Source: Octopus bimaculoides
Lineage: Eukaryota
Assembly (NCBI RefSeq): GCF_001194135.2
Contig: NC_068996.1
Coordinates: 21,610,570 to 21,654,965 of the forward strand
Direction of reading: 5' to 3'
Length of the DNA stretch: 44,396 nt
In this document: in pieces, positions 11,300-23,526 of the stretch
Layout of the letters: each line of letters begins with the position of its first letter
Position numbering within the stretch: position 1 is the first letter of the stretch
Program-made: the position numbers and the translations under genes
Notes under the pieces: generated by a model
Databases searched by the model: none
Told to the model about the DNA's origin: nothing
The model's input: only the letters and a program-made list of their open reading frames with translations

Positions 11300-13760
11300 T
11301 TAATGCATCATATTAAACGTTCAGGTACTCGTCCTGTCATGATGGTGTCCAGTTCTATATCTCAGTGTAATCTTGGAAGTAAATTGGAAGAAGAATGTCA
11401 CAAAATCACTTATTCAAGAAAACAGGGATTTTTGAAATGCAGTTCTTTATCTAACAATGAAAAAATGAGAAAATTTTTCTTTCACATTATGGAAGCCTGT
11501 GATGTTTTAGTGCAGATCCAAAAGCATTCACAAAAAGAAGATATCACATAAGTACAATAGTATAATACTTTAATAGTATTATAATAGTATAATTATTCAT
11601 TTGCAAAACATATATGAGAGAATTTGAAAGATATTAATATTTACCTAAGACAGTGTTACACCATCACCTGAGGAAGATAGATACAGTACTATCTGTCTGT
11701 TGGAATTATAGTAACTTTTAATAAGTTTATCACAGGCATGATTTTGTTATACTCTTGCTAGTGGTTGAAACTAAAATAATTTTTATGTACTAATGAAGTA
11801 CTAAATAAAGATGGTGAAGGTAAGGGTGGTAGTAAGCTCTGGTGACGTCTTATCTTTTATATGGTAAATTATTAAGACATGGGTACACCATGCGAATTCT
11901 AAGTCCCGCACAGATTCTAAGTTCATAACTACAGATAAACTGCTATTAATCTTTCAATGTCCATATCTTGTTGTGCTGCAAAAATTATTTCTTTTCAAAT
12001 TAATGATATTTTCCTTAGGTCTCACAATGTTTCAAATTAGTGATGTGTTATGCAATTTAAAAAATTATAACATCTATTATTCACTTTTTTGTACTGTAAT
12101 GCATTATTGCATTTATTTCACATTTTATAATATATTAACAATGTATTTTCAGGATCTGCCAAGAATCTGGGGTTGATGCCAGGACAGAAACTATGCTCAA
12201 GTTGCTGGAGGGACCTTATAAGAGTTGGGGATCATACACAGGCTGATTACCAAGCTGTAGTGAATCTGTCAAGCATGAAGTGGATTCGATCCACCATAGC
12301 CAAATTTAAATTAACGGTTCAACAGAACTTTTCCCATGGTGGAACAATGGTTTTTCTCTGACAGCGGTTTTACATTTGGCAGATTGCCTTTAGCTAGGCC
12401 GAAATAATGTCTTCACCACTTGACCCTTATAACCTCTTCTACTTCACCAAAAGCTAGAATAGGGATATCACAAGACCACCAACGAAGCCCATTGTTCTCA
12501 ACGATATGTCTATTCTTCTGGATAGTTATAAAAACAAGAACGCACAAGCAAAAGACAGTTAGTCACGTTGGTGACAACTCTTGAGTTGAGAGAGAGCTAA
12601 CATCAGTTAGTGAACCGACCACTAGAATCATGGAAGCAGGCAGACAAAACAGCCAGAGGGAAAAAGACAACGTCCCACACTCTCTCACTCACACTAGCTC
12701 TAATTCTGTTCTCTTACAACATCATTCTATCTCTCTCTGTAATTACCACTAAACGATGACAAGAACACAAACACAAACTATGCAAGGAAAATCTATATCT
12801 ATTTTTACTTCGCATGCTTTACGATTTTTATCAAACAGTTAAATAAATATTTTCTTAAAACTTCAAGCATTGTCCATCTTTCACATCTTACAACATGCTG
12901 TTATAACAACAAATTTTTATTGTTACAACTGCTGACTCCGACATTTCATATTATTGCATACCTAATCAATCTTACCTGTTACAATTGGTAACTACACTAA
13001 TTAAAATCTCTTGTTACAAAACTGATGAAGAAGCTGGGCCAAGCACTACCAATGATGTGGATGCATTTAAATAAAAGCTTCACTATAATGAAGCCATCAT
13101 ATTACTTATTACTTGATTTTGGAGAAAATTATAGCTTTATCATACAGGATGCTGTGTAGGGGCATCATTGGGAGAATTCCCAAGCTGAAGTGCATCCCTT
13201 TTTATTTTATGTCAAAGACTCCTCAACCTCTGATCTCAAATGTGTAAATAAGTGTGTCATGTCTGATTGCCTCAACAACGACACTGCGGTAGTTCAAGCT
13301 TTTACTAATCAAGTCCTGATTGCTATAAAATCAAAGTTTGAGGATCTGACCAAAGTTATATACTTCAATGATGGGGGCTGCAAGCCAATATAAAAATTTT
13401 TTAAATTTTGCCAACCTTTGCAGCCATTATAATCATGGTCTGTCTGCTGAATGGCATTTTTTTGCTATTATCAAAAAATGAAAGTAATTTTTTCACTAAA
13501 GAGTCCATATGATGGTGTGTGTGTGTGTGTGTGTATGGGGGNNNNNNNNNNTGTTAATGACCAAATTCTAACACCACATGATATGTACAGCTGGGCAAGA
13601 GATAACATTCATAGGATAGAATTTTTCTTTGTTTCAAAAGATCAAGTACAAGAAAATGCAGTCAAATTCAAATTGGCTGAATTGCATAACAAACATACAC
13701 ACACACACACAAATTTCTTTCAGTTCTCATCAACCAAATTCACACTCTAGAAGAGTTTTC
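11300..13760 (+). mobile_element. Decayed cut-and-paste DNA transposon, Sola2-like (family assignment tentative)
   Basis: LLDFGENYSFIIQDAV*GHHWENSQAEVHPF (from about 13109), VMSDCLNNDT, YFNDG, AEWHFF, KSPYDG, QILTPHDMY. Upstream pieces LMPGQKLCSSC and CHKITYSRKQG resemble N-termini of such transposases. Interrupted by an unrelated insert at about 12300-13080. Confidence 0.6.
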
Positions 13761-15142
13761 ATTTACATAATTTAAAAAATGTTTCCTAAAGGTAACACAA
13801 TCATTAAATAATGTAAGATATATATCAGTAGGTTATGTTGAGGAAGGAGGTATAATGAGATTATGTGACCTTTCCACATAACTACTTACATATTGTAAGC
13901 AATTTTTTCATAAGTTTGTACTGAGAGAACTTATGCTTATTCAGTTGCCTCAACTACAAGACTGTTTCCCATACTTAATATGACTGCATTAGGCGCTAGG
14001 AAAATTCTAGATACACTTAAAAGTAAGAAAAGTGTGTCTTATTCATTAGCAAATACAGTAAGTGCTTTAATGGTGTAAATAATTCCATCATTTTTACAAC
14101 TTCAATTTTTTTTTTCAAATATAGGTCGAGCTGACCTATATGTGCCTTTTATTCTTAGGCTTTCGTTTCTCACGATTCATCATCCAAGGGGTATAAACCT
14201 CGTCATGAGATTATTACTTGGCCTCTTTACCACCTCTACCAGCACTGTTATCGTTGTCCTCACTGTCATTATCATCACCAACACTTGTTATCAACTATCA
14301 CATGAAGTCAAGACAAGGGGCAATTATACACAAACTATATATATATAAAAATTAGAAATAATACATTTCTAAATCTCTCAGAGAGACTTAAGCAGTAGTG
14401 ATGCGATAAAGTAGTTGTATACTGCCAACTTAACGTGACAGTCCCAATAAGGGAATATACTACTGCTATTTAGCCCTAGGAAGCGGTCCAGCTTCCTAGG
14501 GCTAAATAGCAGTAGTATATTCCCTTATTGGNNNNNNNNNNATATGTATGTGCCGGTTTTTCTTTCAGTTTCCGTTTACTAAATTCACTCACAAAGCTTT
14601 GGTCAGCTCAGAACAACTACAGTAGAAGACGTTTGTCCAAGGTACAGCATACTGGAGCTTAACCTAAACTCACATGGCTGGGAAGTGAACATCTAAACAA
14701 GACATTCATGCATGCAGTAGAGGATCATCTCCAATTAAAGAAAGAATGGAGGGAAAAGCTGGTCTTGGTGTGTATCTAACGCTTAGTATTTGAAATATGG
14801 CCATGCGATGGGGTGCAAGTAAATAAAACGACCAGAATCCTTAAGAACCAAATTTAAATAAATAGGTCACAATGACATAATTATTATTAATAAAAAAGAA
14901 AAAAATTAATTTCATTTTTAGATTTGGTTTGCAAGATTTTTTCATGTGATTTCGTGTGTTGAAAAAAATTAATGTTATTTTAAAAATTTAAATATAACAT
15001 TTTAGTCTTTTACATGCTCTAGTAATTTGACTGTAGCCATATTGGGACACCGTCTTGAAGAATTTATTTAAAACAAACCAACCCCAGTACTCCATCTTTT
15101 TTTAAAATTGGTACTAATTCTATTTTGTCAAATCCCAAATTT

Positions 15143-15193
<51 letters not shown>

Positions 15194-16165
15194 TACAAGG
15201 TGCTTCATTCATTTACCATCTACCATATCCACTCAAGGCTTTGGCCGGCCCAGGGATATAGTAGAAGACACTTCCCAAAGTGTCATGCAGAGGGACTGAA
15301 CACGTGTGGTTGGGAAGTAAACTTCTTACCACAGAACAATGTAAAGTGGCACAGTTTTAGGCTCTACAAGTATAAAGTAAAAATAAAGTAAAACTAAATA
15401 GAAATCATCAGAAAATAAGCCAGAAATATTACGTAGAAAACTTTTCATGATTTCATGTAAGACGTATAATAATATAACAAGTCTGGATAATAAAAATAGT
15501 TTAAATTTCAAACCATCCATTAATCTATACCTAATGCTCCTTTGCATGAAATTCTTAGTATTTATATGAGATATAAATATTTCCATCTAAAATTTTCATT
15601 TATAGGTCGTGACAAAAGAAATAAAAAACAAAAGCCAAATCAGTTCATTCAGCCCTAAGGACCACATTTGAGATTTCTAAATTGCAGTTTAAATACAAAT
15701 AATAAATAGGATTTTAGCTTTGAGTAAATATTAAACATATGGATAAAAGTTTCAAAACGTCTTTTATATTTATAAAGGAAATCGTTGAACTCTTAACTAT
15801 GATACAACCTCAGACTCTCTGTATTTAAAGTGTTCATATTCAAATTAAAATCTTGATGAAAGATTCATCAGTTGGTCAACACCAAATTAATACACACGCA
15901 CACACAAACGCATACATAAGCACAACTGGTTTCTTTCAGTTTCTATCTACCAAATCTGCTCACAGAGTTTACTCAGCCAGGGACTATAGTAGAAGGCACT
16001 GAACCAAACAAGCTTCTTAATTCCACAGACATGTCTATGACTATCTGAATTTATGTCCCAACAAATGTACCACTTGGCTACTTTTAAAAAACGTCCTGCA
16101 AAAGAAGTTACCAGCTTGGCCCTTTTTCTCCAAGCTCAAAGGCAAAATGATAAATATATACTTAC

Positions 16166-16253
16166 TTGATAATGAGGGACGAGACTGACATAATTCCCCT
16201 GGTTACTGTCGAATGTTAATACATCAAAAATACCGATGCAGTTGATTCGTAAT
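16166..16253 (-). CDS. PAN3: PAN3 internal exon: (R)LRINCIGIFDVLTFDSNQGNYVSLVPHYQ
   Basis: TTTTCAG acceptor and GTAAGT donor, 88 nt, phases fit both neighbours. Matches PAN3 RLRVNCVGVFDVLTFD. Not in the ORF track (too short). Confidence 0.95.
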
Positions 16254-17584
16254 CTGAAAATATAAACAACACATTTTACTGTCCACTTTTCCATACTTGC
16301 ATGGGCTGGACAGAATTTGTTTTAAGTAGATTTTCTTATGACTGGATGCCTTTCCTGTCACCAACATTCACCTATACCCAGGTGAGGTAATATTTCAACA
16401 TGACTAGAAATATTTCCACAGAAGATTGGAAATGATGAACAATGCTTGCATGTCAGTAACACTTACAACTATCATGCAATGTCAAGGCAAGAAACAGTAA
16501 CATTCACACAAACACAATGGACTTTTTTCAGTTTTTGCCTGCTAAATCCATTCACAAGACTTTTGTTGGCTAGGGGCTTTAGTAGAAAACACTTGCCCAA
16601 AGTTCTATGAAGTGGGACGAAACCCAAAATTTTGTGGTTGGGAAGCAAACTTCTTAAAACATATACACACCTAAGTGTGAGCATGTAAATATACTTATGC
16701 TTATTCATAGATACATATATATACATATACACTTTTGTGTGTGTGAGCGCGCGTGTACACACATGCACACGTATACATATATGTATCTTTTATCTTTTAC
16801 TGATTTCAGTCATTGGACTGTGGTTATACCACCTTGAAAGATTCCAGTATTTTGTGGAAGACAAGCCTGTCCAAGGAGAAATATTACCTTGCTTAGAAAC
16901 AGGCAAAGGTTGGTGACATGAGGAATATTCAGACATAGAACCCATGAAGCCATGGGTCAGGCATTAAATGACAATGATATATAGGTGCCTCTGCATGGCT
17001 ACTTGGGTTAGTGTCCTCTCTTAGAGCCCTGGTCAACCAAAGTTTTTTGAGATAGATTTGGCAGATGGAAGCTGAAAGAAGCTCGTTTTACAAATATATA
17101 TGTTTGTGTGTGTGTGTGTATCTTGATTTCAGGTGATAGTACATGTGTGTTACCATTATGTATGCACTATCCTTCAGTTCCAATCTTCCCAAAAAGCATC
17201 ACGTCTAGTCATGGATAATTATTACCTTACTTGGAAAGAGTTGGGGGTTGGCAGGAGGAAGGGAACCTGGCCTTAGATATATCCATCTGTCACAACAAGT
17301 TCTACCTGACCCATGCATACATGGAAATGTGGACATTAAAAGTGATGATGATGATGACGATGACAATATACACATGCAGAGCTTTCAGAACTTATTTTCG
17401 TCAAGTTGAACAGATCCTCTCTAGAACCAAATATTGTATTTTGTTTGAGGAAAAAAAATATATATATATTTCAAATTGTAAAGTCAAGGAACTTTGGATG
17501 CTTAAAACATTTTTGCCATTGAATGCATGGGGGTGATGTTTTGATGTTTTTGTTTCCTCATAACTTTCTGGAAAATGGATATTC

Positions 17585-17786
17585 AAAAATATAATTTTCT
17601 ACAAATACATTTTAGAGAGATTATGATTATAACAGAATTTGTGAAAAAATATAATTTGAGTTGGGACACACTGATAATTCAAACACCTCATCAAAATATA
17701 TGAAAAAACAAAGATGAGGTGTGTGAATTATCCAACCCCATCTGAAGTTTCTTTTTCACATCATATTTGTAGAAAATTTTATTTTT
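17585..17786. repeat. Palindromic foldback MITE-like element
   Basis: Outer IR AAAAAT.AATTTTCTACAAATA. Inner IR 17674-17692 / 17713-17731 (18/19 match). Confidence 0.6.
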
Positions 17787-18454
17787 AAAATGTCCAATTT
17801 TCAGGTGCTTGGCCAAGTGGTTAGAGTTGCACTCATGATCACCAGATGGTTTAATTCCTGGACCAGGTGGTGTGTTGTGTTCTTGAGTAAAACACTTCAT
17901 TTCACATTGCTCTAGAGTTGTATGGTAACTGGCATGTCAAGGGATAGACCCACTGCTTTCTCTGCCTGTCTGACATAAAAGGTGACTAAAAGAGATTAAG
18001 GTAAGATTTGCATTCCAACCTTGTAAAACCCTCCAACAAACAGACCCATGGGTTGGATGGTTGTTGCCTAAGTGTTGCAGAGGAATCATCCACTAGAAGT
18101 GGCAGGGAATCATCAACAAATGTTGGGTGCAGCAATGCACTGTTACAGTGGATGCCCCCATACAAAAACTACTACAACATTTATCAGGAAGATAAGAGGA
18201 AATTAAGGTGTGTGAATTATCTGAAACACCTCTCCACCACTTCAAAACATTTTTCAAAACAAATTCAGCTACAACCTTTAGTCTACACCTAAAATGTATC
18301 TGTGGAAAATCTCATTAAAAAATAACCATTCCTCATGAGTTTATAAAGAAACAAAGTCAGGGAGTGGAGCACACATTAGTAGTTATGTTGAAAATGCAAC
18401 TAATGCACCCTGTAAAGTGGTTGGTGATAGAAAGAGCATCAAGGCACAGAAACT

Positions 18455-18672
18455 AAGGCAGAAACGTTAGCATGCCAGGCGAAATGCTTAGCAGTATTTC
18501 GTCTGCCGCTACGTTCTGAGTTCAAATTCCGCCGAGGTCGACTTAGCCTTTCGACCTTTCGGGGTCGATAAATTAAGTACCAGTTACGCACTGGAGATCG
18601 ATGTAATCGACTTTGTCTGTCCTTGTTTGTCCTCTCTGTGTTTAGCCCCTTGTGGGCAATAAAGAAATAAGA
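18455..18672 (+). mobile_element. tRNA-headed SINE, family A
   Basis: GGCAGAAACGTTAGC...GAGTTCAAATTCCGCCGAGGTCGAC. Roughly 90% identical by eye to the reverse complement of 29586-29815. Confidence 0.85.
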
Positions 18673-19483
18673 AACTAAGGAAAGTGACATGTGCTAGGAC
18701 AAATCTATGGAAGAAGCATCTTCAAAAAGTAATAACTTGGACTGCTACAACCTGTCCAAGCCATGCCATCATGGAAATAGAACTTAAGTAGATGACAATG
18801 TGGATGGTAATATATAATCATCATCAATGTCACCATCATTTAATGTTCATTTATCCACTATTGCATAGGTCAGAGTGAGGCAGATTTCCTACAGTTGATT
18901 GTATTTCCTGATGCCAAACCTCACCTGCTTTACAAGGAAAGTAATATTTCCTGACTGCCAGATATGTTTTACAGGGAAGACTGGAAATGAACAACATTGC
19001 TTGTATAACAGTGATGCTTGTTTACATCATGTGATGTCAAAACAAGGATACACAAAAACACACACACACTTACATAAATATACATGAGTGTCTTTTTCCA
19101 GTTTTCATTTCACAAATCTATTCATAAGGAAGTGGTCAGTCCAGGGTTATAGTAGAAGACACTTGCCAAAGGCACTGCACAGCAGGACTAAACCCAAGAC
19201 CATATGATTGAGAAACAAGCTTCTTAGCTAATATACCCATGCCTGCAACTCTAATATACCTCGAAGACTGGGAAAATTAAAAAAAAAAAAAAAAGCATTT
19301 GGTATTATTTATTCACCATTACATGTGTTTCATTTCCCAATGAAAACAGTCTTACATTAAACTGAAGGTAACTCAATACTTTTTGTAGAATACAACTTTA
19401 TTGTTTTTTAACAAGAATAGTATTGACAGTGACTTCAAAGTTTCGGCCAGCTAAGCATTTATCAGATATATATATATATATAT

Positions 19484-19759
19484 AGGCGCAGGCGTGACAC
19501 CTTGGGCAAATGTCTTCTACTATAGCCTCGGGCCAACCAAAGCCTTGAGTGGATTTGGTAGATGGAAACTGAAAGAAGCCCATCATATATATATGCGTAT
19601 GTGTGTGCGTGTGTGTGTATCTATATGTATTTGTTCCCACCTCAACCCCATCACTGCTTGACAACTGGTGTTGGTGTGTTTACATTCCTGTAACATAGCA
19701 ATTCAGCAAAAGAGACTGATAGAATAAGTAGTAGGCTTAAAAAAAACGTCCTGTGGTCA
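19484..19759 (+). mobile_element. SINE family B, internally deleted copy
   Basis: CCTTGGGCAAATGTCTTCTACTATAGCCTCGGGCC body shared with 22116-22530. Confidence 0.75.
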
Positions 19760-20173
19760 NNNNNNNNNNNNNNNNNNNNNNNNNNNNNNNNNNNNNNNNN
19801 NNNNNNNNNNNNNNNNNNNNNNNNNNNNNNNNNNNNNNNNNNNNNNNNNNNNNNNNNNNNNNNNNNNNNNNNNNNNNNNNNNNNNNNNNNNNNNNNNNNN
19901 NNNNNNNNNNNNNNNNNNNNNNNNNNNNNNNNNNNNNNNNNNNNNNNNNNNNNNNNNNNNNNNNNNNNNNNNNNNNNNNNNNNNNNNNNNNNNNNNNNNN
20001 NNNNNNNNNNNNNNNNNNNNNNNNNNNNNNNNNNNNNNNNNNNNNNNNNNNNNNNNNNNNNNNNNNNNNNNNNNNNNNNNNNNNNNNNNNNNNNNNNNNN
20101 NNNNNNNNNNNNNNNNNNNNNNNNNNNNNNNNNNNNNNNNNNNNNNNNNNNNNNNNNNNNNNNNNNNNNNNNN

Positions 20174-20207
<34 letters not shown>

Positions 20208-20241
20208 CACAAATATAAGATATTATTTCTACAAAACTAAC

Positions 20242-20404
20242 CTTGATTTACTTGATATCAAAATTTTTGTGGGATCCATTACACCACAAGCCAAACCTGC
20301 AGTATGGATTGCCCGCAACGCAGAACTTAACTGCACAATGTAAGCCCATATAAGGCTTTCCGGGAGTAAACCAGCATGCTGTCGTGGACCATTAGAGACA
20401 CCAG
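20242..20404 (-). CDS. PAN3: PAN3 internal exon: (S)GVSNGPRQHAGLLPESLIWAYIVQLSSALRAIHTAGLACGVMDPTKILISSKS(R)
   Basis: TGCAG acceptor and GTTAGT donor, 163 nt. Near-identical to PAN3 PRQHAGLLPESLIWAYIVQLSSALRTIHTAGLAC. Confidence 0.96.
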
Positions 20405-20647
20405 CTGCAATGTAAAAATATCAATTGAGTTAGTATTTTAATACAAACTATTTTCCAAAAATGTCAAGCTGTGAAAAAGAATATGGGAAAAGTGTGTGTG
20501 TGAGAGAGAGATTCATATGATTTATTATATCAAAGTATTAATGAGACTCCCATTATGTAGAAATCTATTATACTCTAGAAAAGGATAAGTAAATTGCATG
20601 TGATAGAGATAAAGAGAGAGAAGAAAAAGATTCAAATGATCTATTAT

Positions 20648-20868
20648 ATTAACCCTTCGGCATTTAATCCAGCCAAAATATTCTACCTGCCTTATGTTCA
20701 AAGAAGTCAGATCTGGCCTTTCACACCTACCCTACAACATAATTCTGAAAACAAACTACCACATCATCAAAATTTTTAAGCTACAAGATAAGTCATAATT
20801 AATACAAAAAAAAACGTGAACAAATAAGCATCACATTTAAAAGAATAATCTGAATGCTAAAGAGTTAC
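20648..20868. mobile_element. piggyBac-like MITE
   Basis: Begins TTAACCCTTCGGCATTTA and ends TGAATGCTAAAGAGTTA: imperfect TIRs with TTAA at the left end. Confidence 0.55.
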
Positions 20869-20923
20869 AGTAATAATGGTAGATTTCTGTAGTGTAAAAA
20901 ATCTGTTAAGCTATAAACCAAAG

Positions 20924-21185
20924 AGTGGAGGCACATGGCTTAGTGGTTAGGGTGTCAGCATCATGATCATAAGATTGTAGTTTCGATTCTTGAACCAGGC
21001 GACGCGTTGTGTTCTTGAGCAAAACACTTCATTTCACGTTGCTCCAGTCCACTCAGCTGGCAAAAATGAGTAACGCTGCGATGGAATGGCCTCCTGTCCA
21101 GCTGGGGAACACATACGCCATTGAAACCGGGAAACCGAGCCCATGAGCCTGGCTAGGCTTTAAAAGGGCGCATTTATTTTTTTTT
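20924..21185 (+). mobile_element. tRNA-headed SINE, family D, with 12-bp TSD
   Basis: TGGCTTAGTGGTTAG and GTTTCGATTCT boxes, TGTTCTTGAGCAAAACACTT core. TSD TATAAACCAAAG at 20912-20923 and 21186-21197. A partial relative lies at about 17805-17910. Confidence 0.87.
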
Positions 21186-21885
21186 TATAAACCAAAGGTA
21201 CATGTGATAGAGAGATTCAATTGAAAACTAGCATGTGCATGCACACACACACACACACGGGGAATAATTGAGAAGAGAACAGATGAGAAATATGAATTAG
21301 GATTAAAGAGAGGAGAAACAGACATAACAAGAAGCATTATCTTAGTAGGAAAGGAATGAAATTAATGCAAGAAATTGAGCAAGGTGTCATATGATGAACA
21401 ACGAATGTGAAGCTAGTTAGGGAAAAAATTGTTTATCAAGAAAAGAAACAAAATATGAACAACAGATTATAGTTAAGAATATTTTGCACAAACAAGAATG
21501 AGAAAAATGAATAGAAGAGATAACATGAGCAAAGAGAGAAGACAGGATTTCCTAATAGTTAATAAAGAATTATAAAGGAAATGAAAAGATGGTATTAGCA
21601 AGTGGAGAAAGTGGGGAGATGTTTATGGTTGATAGTGTACCACAAAATGGGTGGCGTAATTTCACAGATACTGCAAGTGTGTGTGTATGTGTGTAGTATA
21701 CATCTACAAAGGCAGTGTGCTTAATAAGCCTATTTCCCAAACATGTGGTCTCAGGTTCGTTCAGTCCTAGTGCATGGTACCTTGGGTGTCTTCTGCTATA
21801 GTCTAGAGCTCACCAAAACCTTGTGAGTGGACTTGGTACAAAGAAACTGAAATAAGCCTGTTTTGTGTGTCTGTGTATGTGTATA

Positions 21886-22065
21886 AAAGAAGTTGAAATG
21901 CATTAGGATTTGTTTAGTTTTTCAAATTTTTTCAATTTTGAAAAACTTAACTGGTATCATAGATTTCTCTGATTTTCAAAAGTTAAGATCCAAAGATGTG
22001 GAGCTTTAAAAATTTTTCAAATAGAGAATTTAAATGAATCCTAGTGTATATTCAACATCTTTTTT
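21886..22065. repeat. AT-rich MITE-like element
   Basis: Imperfect ~28-bp terminal IR (AAGAAGTTGAAATGCATTAGGATT / AATCCTAGTGTATATTCAACATCTT). Confidence 0.45.
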
Positions 22066-22115
22066 CTATATGTGCAATAAAATAACTTTGTTTTTATATT
22101 TAAATATACATACAT

Positions 22116-22530
22116 AGGCATAGGAGTGGCTGTGTGGTAAGTAGCTTGCTTACGAACCACAAGGTTCCGGGTTCAGTTCCACTGCGTGGCACCTTGGGCA
22201 AGTGTCTTCTACTATAGCCTCGGGCCGACCAAAGCCCTTGTGAGTAGATTTGGTAGACGGAAACTCAAAGAAGCCCGTCGTATGTATGTATATATATGTA
22301 TGTGTGTGTATATGTTTGTGTGTCTGTGTTTGTCCCCACAACATCGCTTGACAACCGATGCTGGTGTGTTTATGTCCCCGTAACTTAGTAGTCTGGCAAA
22401 AGAGACCGATAGAATAATTACTAGGCTTACAAAGAATAAGTCCTGGGGTCGATTTGTTCGACTAAAGGAGGTGCTCCAGCATGGCCACAGTCAAATGACT
22501 GAAACAAGTAAAAACAGTAAAAAAGAGAGA
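22116..22530 (+). mobile_element. tRNA-headed SINE, family B, full-length
   Basis: TGGCTGTGTGGTAAG and GGGTTCAGTTCC boxes, CCTTGGGCAAG core, internal (TA/TG)n, tail GACTGAAACAAGTAAAA. Many partial copies on both strands (e.g. 1955-2190, 15000-15330, 22550-22780, 26098-26700, 37090-37450, 42650-42810). Confidence 0.88.
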
Positions 22531-22959
22531 GACACATAAATATGCGTATATTCACCTTTTACTAGCTTCAGTTGTTAGACTGCAGTTTAAGCTGGGACAC
22601 CGCCTTGAAGAGTTTTAGTTGAACAAATCAACCTCACTACTTACTTTTTGTATGCTCAGTACTTATTTTATTGGTCTCTTTTGCTAAACCACTAAGTTAC
22701 AGAGGCATAAACACACCAACACCGGTTGTCAAGCAGTGGTGGAAGATAGATACAAACACAAAAACACACATATATGTGTGTTACCAAGGAAACTGAAGTA
22801 TGTATTGGCAACTATGACCAACAATAGTCACAAGTATAATTAATTAGAATGCATGTTTGTCGCTTCTGTATCTTAAGAATGTTCATGTATTTTCAATGTA
22901 TTAATCATAATTTTTCATACATTGATTGTGAGGTTTTTAATAAATAATCTATTATGACT

Positions 22960-23263
22960 ATTATTTACATTATTTACATTTGACGGATATTTGTCCTCAT
23001 CTTATGGCGTAGTGGTGAAGAGCGCAGGCTACTAACCCCAAGATTCCAAGTTCGATTCCAAGCAGTGACCTAAATAGTAATAATAATAATAATAATAACA
23101 AGATTGAAAAATACCTTAGGAATGAGAACCCAGGTTCGAAATTTCCCCAAAACACCTGATGAAGGCTGGAGGGTATATCAGCTGAAATGTTGTGTTAACA
23201 ACAAATATCCGCCAAATGTAAATAATATACATAATTCCTCATCTCTTAAATATAGAACTGTAT
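22960..23263 (+). mobile_element. Composite tRNA-headed SINE with hammerhead-ribozyme-containing tail and inverted 5' tail copy
   Basis: 13-bp direct repeat TATTATGACTATT (22950-22962 and 23264-23276). A box TGGCGTAGTGGT and B box GTTCGATTCC at about 23005-23057, then (TAA)n. 23/24 inverted match between 22969-22992 and 23203-23226. Confidence 0.8.
23151..23196 (+). ncRNA. Minimal type I hammerhead ribozyme motif (Penelope-type), two probable CpG-decay changes
   Basis: Stem I AACAC/GTGTT; core CTGATGA (23156-23162); extra A; stem II GGCTG/CAGCT; GAAA (23184-23187); TGT-T with predicted cleavage after 23191. Confidence 0.7.
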
Positions 23264-23526
23264 TATTATGACTATTGTTTGATGATTACATTTTCATTAT
23301 TTTAAAAAATTTATAATGTATTATCGTTTATATTTTCCTACAATTTTATTATTCTATGGTTTTATCTTATATATTAATTTTAATCTATATATTTATTTAT
23401 TGCATTGTTCATCTGTTGTATACTCTAAATTATTATACTTGTTTATAATAAATGTAGTTGTGTTGTATTGATGTGCTTACATGAGAGAAAAAAAAGTGAT
23501 CATAACACAAATTCAAATTGACTTAC

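Noticed and set aside
14150-14195. Minus-strand GATGATGAATCGTGAGAAACGAAAG resembling a hammerhead core
   Set aside because: No CUGA, stem II does not pair and there is no convincing stem I or III.
14444-14531. Perfect 41-bp inverted repeat with a 6-nt loop
   Set aside because: The right arm runs straight into an N-gap, which is typical of fold-back read or contig-end artefacts. It needs long reads before being treated as real.
23004-23069. Possible tRNA gene (also SINE heads at 2845, 5964, 20924 and 22116)
   Set aside because: Pol III boxes are present but there is no complete acceptor stem, and each continues into a repeat body: SINE heads, not tRNA genes.
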